A DNA stretch of 64,000 nt, from contig NC_059434.1 of the NCBI RefSeq assembly GCF_021028975.2, positions 54,436,001-54,500,000 of the forward strand. The letters run 5' to 3'. Of this stretch, positions 48,844 through 60,961 are shown piece after piece; within the stretch, counting starts at the first letter, position 1, and every line of letters starts with the position of its first letter. The stretch is from Sphaerodactylus townsendi. Lineage: Eukaryota. Below the pieces are notes generated by a model. It ran no database searches, was not told the DNA's origin, and saw only the letters and a list, made by a program, of their open reading frames with translations. Made by a program: the position numbers and the translations under genes.

Positions 48844-51074
48844 TAAATCCAGACACTTGCTTAAATAGCAAGGAAGATTGCCCTTCCTATTTAATAAGAG
48901 GAGCTGTGGAACATACTTACTGCATAATGATGAGGTGAGGAAATAATACTGACACAATTTCTGCAATATCAGCACATTATTTCATTGGAGATTTAGGGAC
49001 AACAAAATCACTCATTCTGGATTCTGTGCTGCAAATAGTTGATATAGATTTCTGAATGGCCCTTGACCCACTGGAACAATAACAAATGTCTGAATCCATT
49101 CACTGATATTGTTAACATGGCAAAGGTCGGTAATGGCTAGACATTGGAGATTCACTTGTGATAGAAAGAAATAGCAAGCAAGGAGCACACTGGAGGAAAC
49201 ACTTCAAACAAACAGAAAGAAAGCAAAAAAAAGTTGACTACTGGGTAAAAACAATCTTGTTGTTGGAGACTTTCCGTATGTAATAATATCCATTATATAT
49301 AGCCGTGTATGCTTAAGCAAGAATCCTTGAGGAAAAGGTGGAAAGTGTATTGCAATGCACAAAGAGTAATCTTGGAGACAGCCTTCTGAAGTACAATTCT
49401 TCTTCCTAATCAATTTTCATCTATTGAAAGAAAATAATAATTTGCAACTATGCAACTATTCAATCTCTGCAGAGCAATGGCTTTCCTGGAGAGCTCAATG
49501 AACAATAAACTAATTTGAATGGATCTTGAAGACCTGTTCACATGTCACACTAATGTAGGAATGTCAGTTGGCCTCCGTAGTCCATGGCTGCTGTCATTTC
49601 CTTGATTTCAAACACCAAGTTAAGTACTAAGGAATTGCTGGCAGATGAAATTATTCTCTTTGGCCAAAGTCTAGAATTCCACAATTCACAGCTGCCGACT
49701 TCATGGTTCACAGGCAGGGTTTTTGCCAAGCTCTTGCTATATCATGAGTAAACTCCCTCTGTGTTAAAGGAAGAAAGACCTATGAGGCAAAGCTGGTGAA
49801 ATAAAGCTCAATTTTCTGGATGAAAGAACCATCAGAATGTGAGGTGTGGGTCTAGTACTAGATCCTTGCTAATCAGGAGACATTCTTTTAACTTCTAATT
49901 ACTGGTTATTAACAGTGTTGACACAGTGCTTGGTTTTGCTATGCAAAGTAGCAATAGCGTTTTGTTTTCCATTTTGATTCTGTTCTGCAGGTAATCTGCA
50001 GATAATCAATGAATTCAGGAGGTATACCCTAAACTAAAGAATTTTTTTGTCAGTTAATATGGTGGCACCCTGGGGTACAATTCTGTTCTCATTCAAGCAT
50101 AAGTAATCTCTGTAGGTTTCAGTAGCATATTAACTGGCACAGGATTAAATATTTGCAGAACTTGTCACCATGGATGCATGCTTTTTATTTTAATATGGGA
50201 GATTTTATCGAAGAGATAAAATAGAAACAAAATTGGCCTTCTAAGTTGGTCACTTGTCAGGCAAGGATTGAACAGGCTTCCTACAAGAATAGGTGCATGG
50301 AAAAATCATGTTTAGTTAATCTAAACAAGTGTGCCATATGTTTTTCCTGCTTAGCTTCATACAATCACCACATAGTCATTCTGATGGATGTGGAGAGAGA
50401 ATAATGTAGAAATTATTATTATTTATTATTTTATTAAACTTGCTACCCTGCCCTTTCCCAGCCAGCCCTTTCCCAGTGCTCAGAGCAATTAACATATATA
50501 GTTAAAACAATCCAATATTCTAATACAAATAAAGAACAAAAATCAGAAATAGTTATAAACTAAACAATAAAGCCTGAAATAATCAATGCTACTGCTTTAG
50601 GCCAGGAGGTTAAAATTTAATCAACTAATAGGTACCAACAAGGGCCCCGTTAAGACTAAACCACATTCCCCACACCATTCTCCTTTATTTATCTGTATGC
50701 TTCTTCATTAGGGTCTCCCTTTCTAAAACACCAGAAAGACCTGCAGGGAATATATAGTCTGTAATACAGGAAGACCTGCATTTTCAGGAGTTCAGAATTT
50801 AAGGCTATTGCTGATTGATCTACGCACAGAAACTTTGATACTGTTGATAATGTATTAACTGAAACTGCAGATAATGTATTAAAATGGTGTTTTCAGACAG
50901 TCAAGGAAGCTTCTGAAGTCCAACACTTGGTGATGCCCTTCCACAATCTGTCTAAATTGGTGATTTAAAAATTTTGCACTGGTGGCATTTCTCTACATCT
51001 TTATTCCCTACCTTGACAGTGATTCCTCTCAGTGCATTTTGGCCCAAATCTTACAAGTTGCTGTTTTTCACTAT

Positions 51075-51599
51075 GGCCCTTTCCACACATGGGCGGAAAT
51101 GCACCTCCACTGGCATGAATCATGCTGGTGGAGGCTCGGGGACCGTTCACACCCTAGCATGTGAGCAGCCCTGACTTTCCCCTCAGCCAGAGAGGAGTGC
51201 TCATCACAGACCTACCTCCAGTCATCCTCCAGTCACCGTCCCATCCCAGCATCACTCGTGGGAGACTACCGCAGAGGACCATGCGCTGCCCTCCAATCTC
51301 CAGAGGGTCAGAGGGGCAGCGTGGGCAGGACTCTGCAATATCAGAGTGACAGCTGGATGGGACGGTGAGTGGAGGAGGGAAAGCTCAGTGTCTTCCCACT
51401 GCCAATTACTGTTCACACTGTGCTGACAGGAAGATAGTGCTTTGGAAAAACCTCGCTTGTTTAGCGAGGTTAACAGGGGCGGCTTCACGCTGCTCCCAGG
51501 GCGCCAGGATGGTGCTGCTGCAATGCAGCAGCACCTCCTGTGCAAACAGCAGCCCAGGGCCCAAGTGTCACATAGGTCCCAAGTGTCACAGAAAGGGCC
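51075..51599. mobile_element. PIF/Harbinger-type MITE with rearranged right end
   Basis: GGCCCTTTCCACAC ... CAGAAAGGGCC; related to the 28641 and 39348 family in opposite orientation. Confidence 0.7.
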
Positions 51600-52440
51600 C
51601 AAATGTCACATAGGAAGCTAGTAACCTTTGCTCAGTCACTTCACCATCTCTACAGCTTCTTCTAAGCCATAACTTGTAACAAGACTTTCCTTGCTTTTCT
51701 TGGCTCTCCACTCTTGGATGTTCGTAGGGAGCAAAAGTCTGCATATTGGACTAGGTAAGAATCTTCTATGTGCAGCTGTTGTCCAAAATCCTTGTTTTAC
51801 AAAATAGCCAAACATATAGAGTATGAAGCTGCCTTTGAAGAATGTCCGTAAACATCAGCTAGCCTGCTGACAAGTTTGAACTATCAACATCTCTTGAAAG
51901 TATTTGAAGAATCACACAGGTTGATATCTTCAATGCTCAGTTAGAAATATTATTTTTACCACAAATTCTTAAATGCTCTAGCATCTAAAATTCTAGTTGC
52001 TTCCATGTAAGTCTGCACAAGTGTTATAGTCTGCAAAGGAAGCTCTGCTACATAGATGAGTCACCATAGGTAGGTGGTCAATACGAATTTATTTGTGGAG
52101 TCTCAGTTATGGATCTTCCATTATCCTCAACATTGTACTTTCTATTGTCTTTTCAGCTGAGATGTTTTTTATGTTTGACAAAGGCTTCTTACATGGCCAA
52201 TTATTTTTCTTTTTGTTATTATCCTCACTAAGTATGTTGATTTTTAAAATGTTTAATTAGCAATAACAAAGGATTTAAAATATTTTATCTGCTTGCTAGC
52301 AGATACATATATTATTACATTTTACCACAACTTATTTGTATTAAAGTGGTTTACCAGATGCATTTTTGGATTGTATAATTTCATGCTAGAATCCACTGAG
52401 ACTACAGTATATAAATATATTAAATAAACAGATATTCTAG

Positions 52441-52607
52441 GTATTGTCGAAGGCTTTCACGGCCGGAATCACTTGGGCGCTGTGTGGTTTCCGGGCTGTA
52501 TGGCCGTGTTCTAACATTGTCTCTCCTGGCGTTTTCGCCTGCATCCTGTGGCTGGCAGTCCCGAAGAATGCAGGCGAAGCTTTGTCAGGAGAGAATGCTG
52601 CTAGAAT
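52441..52607 (-). mobile_element. Penelope-like terminal repeat with inverted partial duplication
   Basis: Near-identical start to 42957; followed by the reverse-oriented atgcaggcgaagctttgtcaggagagaatgctgctagaa. Confidence 0.8.
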
Positions 52608-53963
52608 TTCTGGCCCTTGTCCGCTAACTCACAGCTCCCACAACATAAACTGTCCTCTAGGGTTTTAAAAAACCCTGCAGTTTAAGAAGACAGTCAGTCA
52701 TGGATCTCATTTCATCTCATATAGTTGAAATTCAAGTTCCCCTAGCCTATCCAAAAGCTTATTGCAAGCTGCATTATTCAGTTTAATGCATACTGAATAA
52801 AATAATGAAAGAAATTATTCAGGCCTTATTAAAACATCTGGTTTATTCTGGTCTAGTCCCACATTGTAAATAATTAATCTATTTTGAAACAACTAATCTG
52901 TTGCAAAGGTCACTCCTATAAGTGTAACACAGAGGTCAGATTTCTTTGACAACCATTTTAAGTTTTTGACCTTAACACACACCTCCAAAAAACAAAACAA
53001 TAAAACGTCTGAATGTTATTAACGTCATTTATGTGGCATTTGTTTTCATTTTTTCATTGACCAGAATTCCTCTCCATAATAACATAGATATTTGTGTGAC
53101 TAGTTACTGGGCTATTTCCACTTTTTAATGTTCCTCTACATTCTCTCTGTCACTCATGTCCCTGCATCTCTGTCACTCATGTCCCTGTCCAGTCATTACT
53201 AATTTATGTGGTTGTCATAATGCAATTGAAAGTGTTTTGAAATGGTAGTGTTTAGTGTCCAGCTGGGTAGCCCTGGTTGACCTAGTGTAATTGAGTGCTT
53301 TCCTCATGGTGAGGGGCTTTTATGGTTTCTCCACTGCTGATGCAGCTGCAGATAAAGCACAGCAGCAATGGGACTTCGCCATGGCACTTAATCCTGCAAT
53401 GTTTCTGCTCCAGTTCCCCAGCAACAGGCAATTCTCTTCATTTGGGCCACCAGTTCTTTCATATTTTTTAAAAAATTAAAACTGGAATACAGTTATATAC
53501 TGCTATAATAATATGTGAAATGGGTTCTGATAAATCTCATCTTTCATTTGTTTCAAAGAAAGTTTCTGGCAACTTCCATTGTACAGATATACTTTCCCCT
53601 TATATCTCCACAAGAGAAAGAACTAGAAGCTTATTTTTAAAATGAAATGTGAGAATTCAAATAAAATGTCACACTTATTATAATGGCACATTCATAGAAT
53701 GNNNNNNNNNNNNNNNNNNNNNNNNNNNNNNNNNNNNNNNNNNNNNNNNNNNNNNNNNNNNNNNNNNNNNNNNNNNNNNNNNNNNNNNNNNNNNNNNNNN
53801 NNNNNNNNNNNNNNNNNNNNNNNNNNNNNNNNNNNNNNNNNNNNNNNNNNNNNNNNNNNNNNNNNNNNNNNNNNNNNNNNNNNNNNNNNNNNGAGTTTTC
53901 CCGCCACACAGTAACCATTCAGTCTTTACTGCATTATTTTCCGAACTGTAATTGGAAAGCAGA

Positions 53964-54304
53964 CAGAGGCGTAGCTAGATCAGAGTGCGCCTGGTGCACA
54001 CTGGCTTTTGCGCTCCCCGCAGCGCCCCCCATGCCCCCCGCGGCCCCCTTACATTTCTCAGGAGCTCCTGGGAAATGTAGTTCCCACCAGGCCCAGGCAA
54101 CGCAGGCATGCTTCTGCCCTGCTCCATTCCTAAAAGTAAGTGGGGGGGTGCGCCGCAGGGGGACGCAGTGGGGGGGCCTGTGGGGGGCACCATGGGGGTG
54201 CAGAGGGGAGGGGGAGGGGGATTTTTCTGCCCCCACGTGACTAGAAATGGTGCGCCCGGTGAGTTGCGCAGCCCCCTCTCTGCCCCCTGGTGGCTTTGCC
54301 ACTG
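53964..54304. mobile_element. GC-rich hAT-type MITE
   Basis: TIR CAGAGGCGTAGC ... GCTTTGCCACTG; 8-bp flanks AAAGCAGA/ACAGCAGA. Confidence 0.75.
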
Positions 54305-54930
54305 ACAGCAGATTGGAGAAATACTGAAGAAAAGCTGAGGGAACCTAGGAGGTTCACAAATGCACCATACAGCTGTGAAGATGAAGGGGGAGTGTCTTCC
54401 AAGAACAGTGAGCTTGAGACTCATAACCTCTGTAGAAATGTCATTCTAAGATTTGCAAAGGAAAAGGTTTTAAGAATACATATGAATGATCTGGGGAATC
54501 TGTTTTTATTGTTTCCCATGGTCAGGGCCGGATGGGAACACAACCAGTTCCACCAGTTAGCCCAGAATATGAGCAGGGCTTTCAATGTGTCTGAGTGCTG
54601 GTTGTGTGCCCACGGACCGGCAGCAGGGAAGAGGGGTTGGCCTATACTACCATCAGCTGCTCCTACATTGGAGGCATGGAATGACACATATTGCACAGGA
54701 ACCACGGGGATAATCAAACAGGACAAGGGAAGAAATTGCCTGATCTGTTCATCCCTCAGAAAAAGCAGAAGGGAGGGGTAACACCACCACCCACTTTTTC
54801 AGTACCAGATAAGTCAAAAAGATATGAATTGGGGGATTATCCCTCATGTGAAAGAACCTCGGTTCTTTTCCGGCTGGGCCGGGTGTGTCAGGATAATCCT
54901 TGGCTTAAGCAGGACCCTGAATTTCTGTCT
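54305..54930 (+). mobile_element. Endogenous retrovirus fragment: integrase C-terminus plus env SU N-terminus (gamma-type env)
   Basis: DWRNTEEKLRE and HTAVKMKG resemble the IN C-terminal region. Then MNDLGNLFLLFPMVRAG (signal-like) WEHNQFHQLAQNMSRAFNVSECWLCAHGP...GWPILP with a CWLC (CxxC) motif and N-glycosylation sequons. Continues after a frameshift as ELGDYPSCER. Confidence 0.7.
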
Positions 54931-57489
54931 AGTGACTTACTACTACATTCTAGATCATTTATTTCCACAAAGACCATTTTTGCATAGTACAGTCCTAAAA
55001 ATATTTTTTTTTTCATGGGAATAAACCTTTTTTAGAAGACTTGAACACAATTCTGGAAAGGATTGTTCTGTCAGTCAGCTACCAAGCAAGAATTTATTAG
55101 CTATATTCATAGAAAGCAATTGGAAAAAATGCACTTGTTAAATTATAGCCCAAAATTTGCTGAATTGAACTTCTGCATGTAGATGTTGGACCTTCACATA
55201 TATAAAACTAAGATTATATATAATTTATGCATGAAGTTTACAGTGTAATTATGTATTCTGTCGAATGGACTGTACAGTTTGTGTGTAAAATATCTTGGTT
55301 ATGGAATTATAAGAGAAATCACATGGCAAATAGCAGAGTTGCAATAATTGAAATGTTAGGGACAAATTTGTTTTCTTTAAAAAATTATAAGGAAAATTAT
55401 GAGTTTTTGTTTTCTGTTTAAATCCACAGATTGTGTTCCACAGATTATGTGGGAACTAGACATTATAAATATATATCACACACACACACAAAGCAGAAAA
55501 AATCCAAGTTATTATACTTGTCAAGCATGAGAAATCTGTGTCCCAGATTTCTGTGTCCCAGGGAAATCTAAAAAAAAATTGGCACCATTAACATCTATGG
55601 GAAATATTTTGAGACTTGGGAAGGTGGTGTTTTGTTTTGTTTTATGGTAGAAGTGCCAAATTTGCAGCATGGCTGCAAATTACTCTCCTTACAAAACCCC
55701 TGTGAAGAGGTTGTTCCAGCTACAGTATCAGGCAGATTCACACTAGCCTGACAAGGACCTTTGATCTCTGGATAGGAAGCCAAATTCCTTTGAATAAATT
55801 ACACAAAGGAAGCTAGTGGCCAAACGGTTGTAGATCAGAAGTTGATTGGGGGGGGGGGTTAGGAAACAGAGTTTACCTGAGAACCAAGGGGAAAGAACAA
55901 AGGGAATTCTGATCCAGGCAGGGTGTCAGAACCTCCTTTGACCAGACAATTGAAACACTTGTTGATGAACAAAGATTTCTTTATTGCAGGCAAGATAAGT
56001 CTCGTACAGCACCAAGACGTCTCTGCCGGTCCAGCAGAGACTTCAATAATATAAAGTAACCAAAAAAACTCTTTCCCCCACCCACCATTCCATTCCACAG
56101 CTGCAACTACAGGCCGAGGTATGTGTCCTTCACTAGCTAGCAGAGGAGATGAAGTCAAGAAGCAGCAAAATAACACTTTCACCTAACAGATTGACACAGA
56201 CCAGAGTTCCCTTCCCACAGCCCCCAGGTCAACCTGACACCGGGCATGGGAAAGCAACTCCTGATCCCAGGTCTAAAACAAAACCTGCTTGGAACAATGC
56301 TATAGCTGAAAAATCTATGTATTAGAACATTTATTATTTTCTGTTTTTCAATAAAATCTTTGGAAAACTTAGCGGTTTTTAAGTATTTGGAAAAAAGAAC
56401 CCAAGATTTATAAGACAGGCATGGATAGCCACATCCCCCAACTTTGGTTCAGGTGTAATTTTATGGGCCCCTAAACAATTGAAAACTCCAGTGGAAGATG
56501 TGAACACCCCCTTTGGGTACCCAAAAAATTGGACCTCCTGAACCAAACTTCACCAAATTTGGATGTTGCTCTAAGGAGCTAGATTTTAATGGGCCAATAG
56601 ACTTTAATAGGTCAATGTCACAACCGAGAATCCATCTGAAAAAAGTTCCCACCACTGACTATTGAGAGGATTGATAATTGGTTTCCTCCAATTGCATTCA
56701 ATTGGAGTTTCTGGAAGAGTCTACAAGGCTGTTTTTCAAAGTACAGATACCAAATTTGGAGCACAACTTCTGGTGACTCTTCTCGGAAAAACTCTGAAGT
56801 TTAATGAAGTTTAGGTGGGGAAGGTCCAATTCTATGGGCACACAGTTTTCCTTTATTTGTGTGGTCATAGAATTGGACATCCCACCCAAACTTCACCAGA
56901 CCTGGGAGTTTTCCTATTGTATTTGTATTATTAATTAAATGCACAGAAATAATGTGGGTGATGATAGATCACAGCAACTTTTTTAATTGGTATGATTTTT
57001 TTTTACTGTTTCAGTACGTTTTAATTGAAGTAGGAAGTTAAGCCACTTACTGAGGATGCAGCAAAGAAAAATAGAATTTGTATTGGTATTTAGGGTGACC
57101 TGTATTAAAGAATTTCTGTTTTGTGTATATGTATGTGAAGAGTTCAGAAAAAAGGAGCAGGGTCAACAACAATAACAAAACAATAGAGGGGAAAATCCAA
57201 TAGTGCAGCATATTTCTTAATATATGTGAATAAACACACACACTTTTCTCCTATTAATTACATAAAGAATAGTTATTCTATAATGCTAAATTATATAAAT
57301 AGGGTGGATGGTTTTTTTTACACAAAATGCTGCATAAAACAGCAAATCTTTCAGAGGTGATTTAGTAATCTTTTATCAAACTATTGCAACCAATTTACAC
57401 TTAAGTTCATTGTTTAAAAAAATGTACACTTCCGGGTTAATTGTTCCTCTTGATTAATTACAAGGAGTATTTCCTATTCTCACTGGGAT

Positions 57490-57800
57490 CTTCAGATATG
57501 AGGGAGGTAACAACAAGAGACAGGGCATTTTCAGTGGTAGCACCTGGCCTTCAGAATATTCTCTCCCAACAGGGTCTTCTGGCATTCACTTCACTTTCTT
57601 TTTTGTGCCAGGCCAAAACCCAGCTTTTAACCTAAGCTTTTAATTTGGTGGTTATCTTATAATTTTAATTGTGTGCTTCTATTTTGTAGACAATTTTGAA
57701 TGCTATTCACAGTCAATGGCTTGCTTTAAATATTGTGATAGTTTCAATTGTAAGCTGCTTTAAGCAGTTTTCTTAAGAGGCATCCTAGAAATGATCCAAA
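57490..57800 (+). mobile_element. L2-type LINE 3' end (degenerate)
   Basis: TRDRAFSVVAPGLQNIL...FLCQAKTQLL followed by an AT-rich 3' UTR and gtaagctgcttt. Confidence 0.6.
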
Positions 57801-58755
57801 ATACATAAGCAAGCACAATCCTGTTTTGTGCAACTGAGAAAAAAATTATTGCTCTGCTGCATATCAGACCATAAATTCTTACAGTCTCAGCTTATAGCTG
57901 AGACCTTCAGACACAGTGATCATGTTTCAATATTTTCTGGCCTGGAAACTGACCTTCAGCCATAAACAGGCCTGCCAATCAGCTATTGTTTTTAACCAAC
58001 CCCGCCAGTTATAGAACATCTGTGCCAGATGTCAGATAAATGTTGGCTGTCAAAACAGAATAGCTGGTTTGCTTTTNNNNNNNNNNNNNNNNNNNNNNNN
58101 NNNNNNNNNNNNNNNNNNNNNNNNNNNNNNNNNNNNNNNNNNNNNNNNNNNNNNNNNNNNNNNNNNNNNNNNNNNNNNNNNNNNNNNNNNNNNNNNNNNN
58201 NNNNNNNNNNNNNNNNNNCATACTAGAAACATGTAGAACATTTATTTGATAAAATGGATTCAATGAGTAATTACGCTTCAAAAACATTAATCCTTAAAAT
58301 GCCATTAGATCCTGTTCATCTGTGTGGAATATGAATGGATGTGATGTAGCAACAGTAAATATAAGCAACACTTGGAAGGGGTATTGACCTCTACCTAGCC
58401 TCTGCATCTCGACAAGTAGCAATGAGGACTCTAGCTGCCTGGAAAACACCTGGCTAAAGACAATGCTTATTTCTTACTCATTTTTACCCAGGTATGTTGA
58501 TCACAGTGGAATAGGAAGTTGAAAGAGAAGGACTAAGGGCCTAGATCCAATTGGTTGATTAATACCATACTTCTGATGGTGCAGAAAAGCAGAAACTAGT
58601 TTGGATGCACATGGTTCTGTGCTGACAACTGATTCCTGTAAATGAAACGTCAGCTTATCTCCTCATTCAAGGCCAAATTTGTTACTTGTACTAAAGCCTG
58701 GGTCAGGTATGTGAGGAAGCAAACATTTGGCAGATGTGTAACAGTATGACACCTA

Positions 58756-58896
58756 GGCTCCTTCTGCACGTGCAGAATAATGCACTTTCAAACTGCTTTC
58801 AGTGCTCTTTGAAGCTGCGTGGAATAGCAAAATCCACTTGCAAACAGTTGTGAAAGTGGTTTGAAAATGCATTATTCTGCGTGTGCGGAAGGGGCC
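58756..58896. mobile_element. Short Harbinger-type fold-back MITE
   Basis: GGCTCCTTCTGCACGTGCAGAATAATGCA ... TGCATTATTCTGCGTGTGCGGAAGGGGCC. Confidence 0.85.
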
Positions 58897-59004
58897 TAAG
58901 AGAGAAAAGGAACAGCTGAACCAGCAGCCTAGTGAAGCAGCCAGCAGCATATATGTCCAGACCAGTTTTCCTGCATGGTCTTTACTCATTCTTACAAACC
59001 TTTA

Positions 59005-60230
59005 AAATTGTATCTTAATGGCAAATTGGTTGTACAAATTAGATCTTTCAAATACCTTGGGCTTAATTTTATTTATTTATTTATTTATTTTAGATTTTTA
59101 GATTTATTAGCCGCCCTCCCCCGAAGGGCTCAGGGCGGCATACAACAATAAAAGCATAGTAACAGTTAATATAACATTAAAACCAACAACAGCACATTCT
59201 AGTAAAGTAATATCTCGGGGAAAATTTTAAAAAATAAAACTCAGATGGCGATACAACACTCCCTTTCCATCCACCCTCCCACCCCCCGTCATCATTGTGC
59301 TAAATTGGTAACTCATAGAGAAAAAGCAGTAAAAAGCAGCTATCTGAAATCAGCAGTGGTTTTGACATTTTTCTTCTCAAAGGGTCATACAAATATTCCA
59401 GCCGTGCTAAACGTCTTCAGCATGACATGGTTCAGCCACTTCTATATGGTGTGCCTTTATGGCTTGGACATTGGAATAAGGTAGTCGAAAGAGTTCAGAA
59501 AAGTTTTTTATATAAGATCTTTGGGGTACCGCACTGTGTGCCCTTTGCCGTACTCTTTCTAGAAGCTGGTGTGAGTTTTTTTTAGAAACCAGAGCATGGC
59601 TTATTACTTTCAAATTCTGACTTAGGCTCTGTTTCAGCACCAACAAGAACACTTTAATGTTCTCTGTGTTACCGGAACTATTGTCTTCTGAATGGTGGCA
59701 ACTTGTCAACCCAAAAGTCCAATTGTTGGCCTGTTCCTTGAAGCCTTATATATGCTGTCATCTAATTAGATATTCCGCATCCTAAAAACAAGGCTTCTAG
59801 ATCAGGAATTTCAATTATTATTATCACCAGCCATAAAGTCATGTTCCCCATTATATCATAATATCCCTCTTATCCACAGGCATACAGCTAAGTATCTTGA
59901 TCTTCTAACAGTGCCCAGACAGAGATGGATCCTAACTAGGACAAGGTTTAATGTCTCCCCATCAGCCATCACCCTTAAGTCAATTCCATTCCAGGACAGA
60001 GTCTGTGATTCTTGCCCAAATCAGCTGGAATCAATCAGCCATACTTCATTTGATTGTCCGAAGTACACAAAATCGAGAAGCTCCTTGCTTTGTAGTGTAT
60101 CCAATGACAAATCCAGAGTCATAGTGACATCTAAATTGGGTTTTTCCTCAATAGTAGTGATGCTGATATTCTTGAAGGAGTTGCAAAGTTTCTTTTATAG
60201 GTATCTGCACTTCATTTATAAGAGATATAA
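59005..60230 (+). mobile_element. Degenerate non-LTR retrotransposon 3' half (RTEX-like), interrupted at about 59065-59295 by a reverse LINE/SINE tail
   Basis: LYLNGKLVVQIRSFKYLGLNF (RT thumb FKYLG), LYGVPLW, ETRAWLITFKF*LRL, RVCDSCPNQLESISHTSFDCPKY (CCHC knuckle). Confidence 0.65.
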
Positions 60231-60851
60231 CTTTGGGTCTTTTAATATATATATTTATACTTTTAATATTATAAATTCATGTTTTTACATAAACACACAC
60301 AAATTTAACTAATTAATCTATTACGTTTCTCCTTTGCTTCTGCAGCAGCTGCCTCTGCTTCAGCCTTCTGGGCACAGCTGGCTCATTGCTGGGTTCCCTA
60401 GGAGGATCTGCAGGCTCATCCACCTGCATGTCATCTTGCAGGGAAGGGCTGGGGGTTGAGTCTGCTGCCTGGTCTTCCTCAGGAGAAGTCAGCTCTGGCT
60501 GCACTGTGTTGCGAGGTTCTGCCTAAGAATCCTCTGTAATTTGCTAAGTACCCAGGAACTGGCTCATGACTGGCACAAAGCTGTTTAACATGGAATTTGA
60601 TTAAATCTTTGATCAAAAATTCTAGGTAATTTGTTTCAGGGCCCAACTTGCATATAAAAATAAGTGTTTATTATTGGTCTATGACTTTAAATCAATCAAA
60701 CAAATCAAATCAAACCATTTGAATTCTAGTGAATTCGAATATTAATATTTTGACATACTCAGTATCTATGGAAATTAAATAGTTTTGTTTACTGACCACA
60801 TACCTGCACATTGAGAAGTTCTGATGGTTTTGAATGAGAAAACTCTTATGG

Positions 60852-60961
60852 GCATTTTGTAATATTCGTGTTGTTTACATAAGCCGAATGTAATGAAGTT
60901 AACAAGCATTTTGTAATGTTCGTGTTGTTTACATAAGCCGAATGTAATGAAGTTAACAAGC
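60852..60961. repeat. 54-bp tandem duplication
   Basis: gcattttgtaat(a/g)ttcgtgttgtttacataagccgaatgtaatgaagttaacaa twice, one mismatch. Confidence 0.95.

Noticed and set aside
3492-51613. Many overlapping 60-160 aa ORFs in GC-rich islands
   Set aside because: They coincide with non-coding MITEs; high GC content depletes stop codons.
60852-60961. CRISPR-like or prokaryotic array interpretation of direct repeats
   Set aside because: Simple tandem duplications without spacers, in clearly vertebrate DNA.
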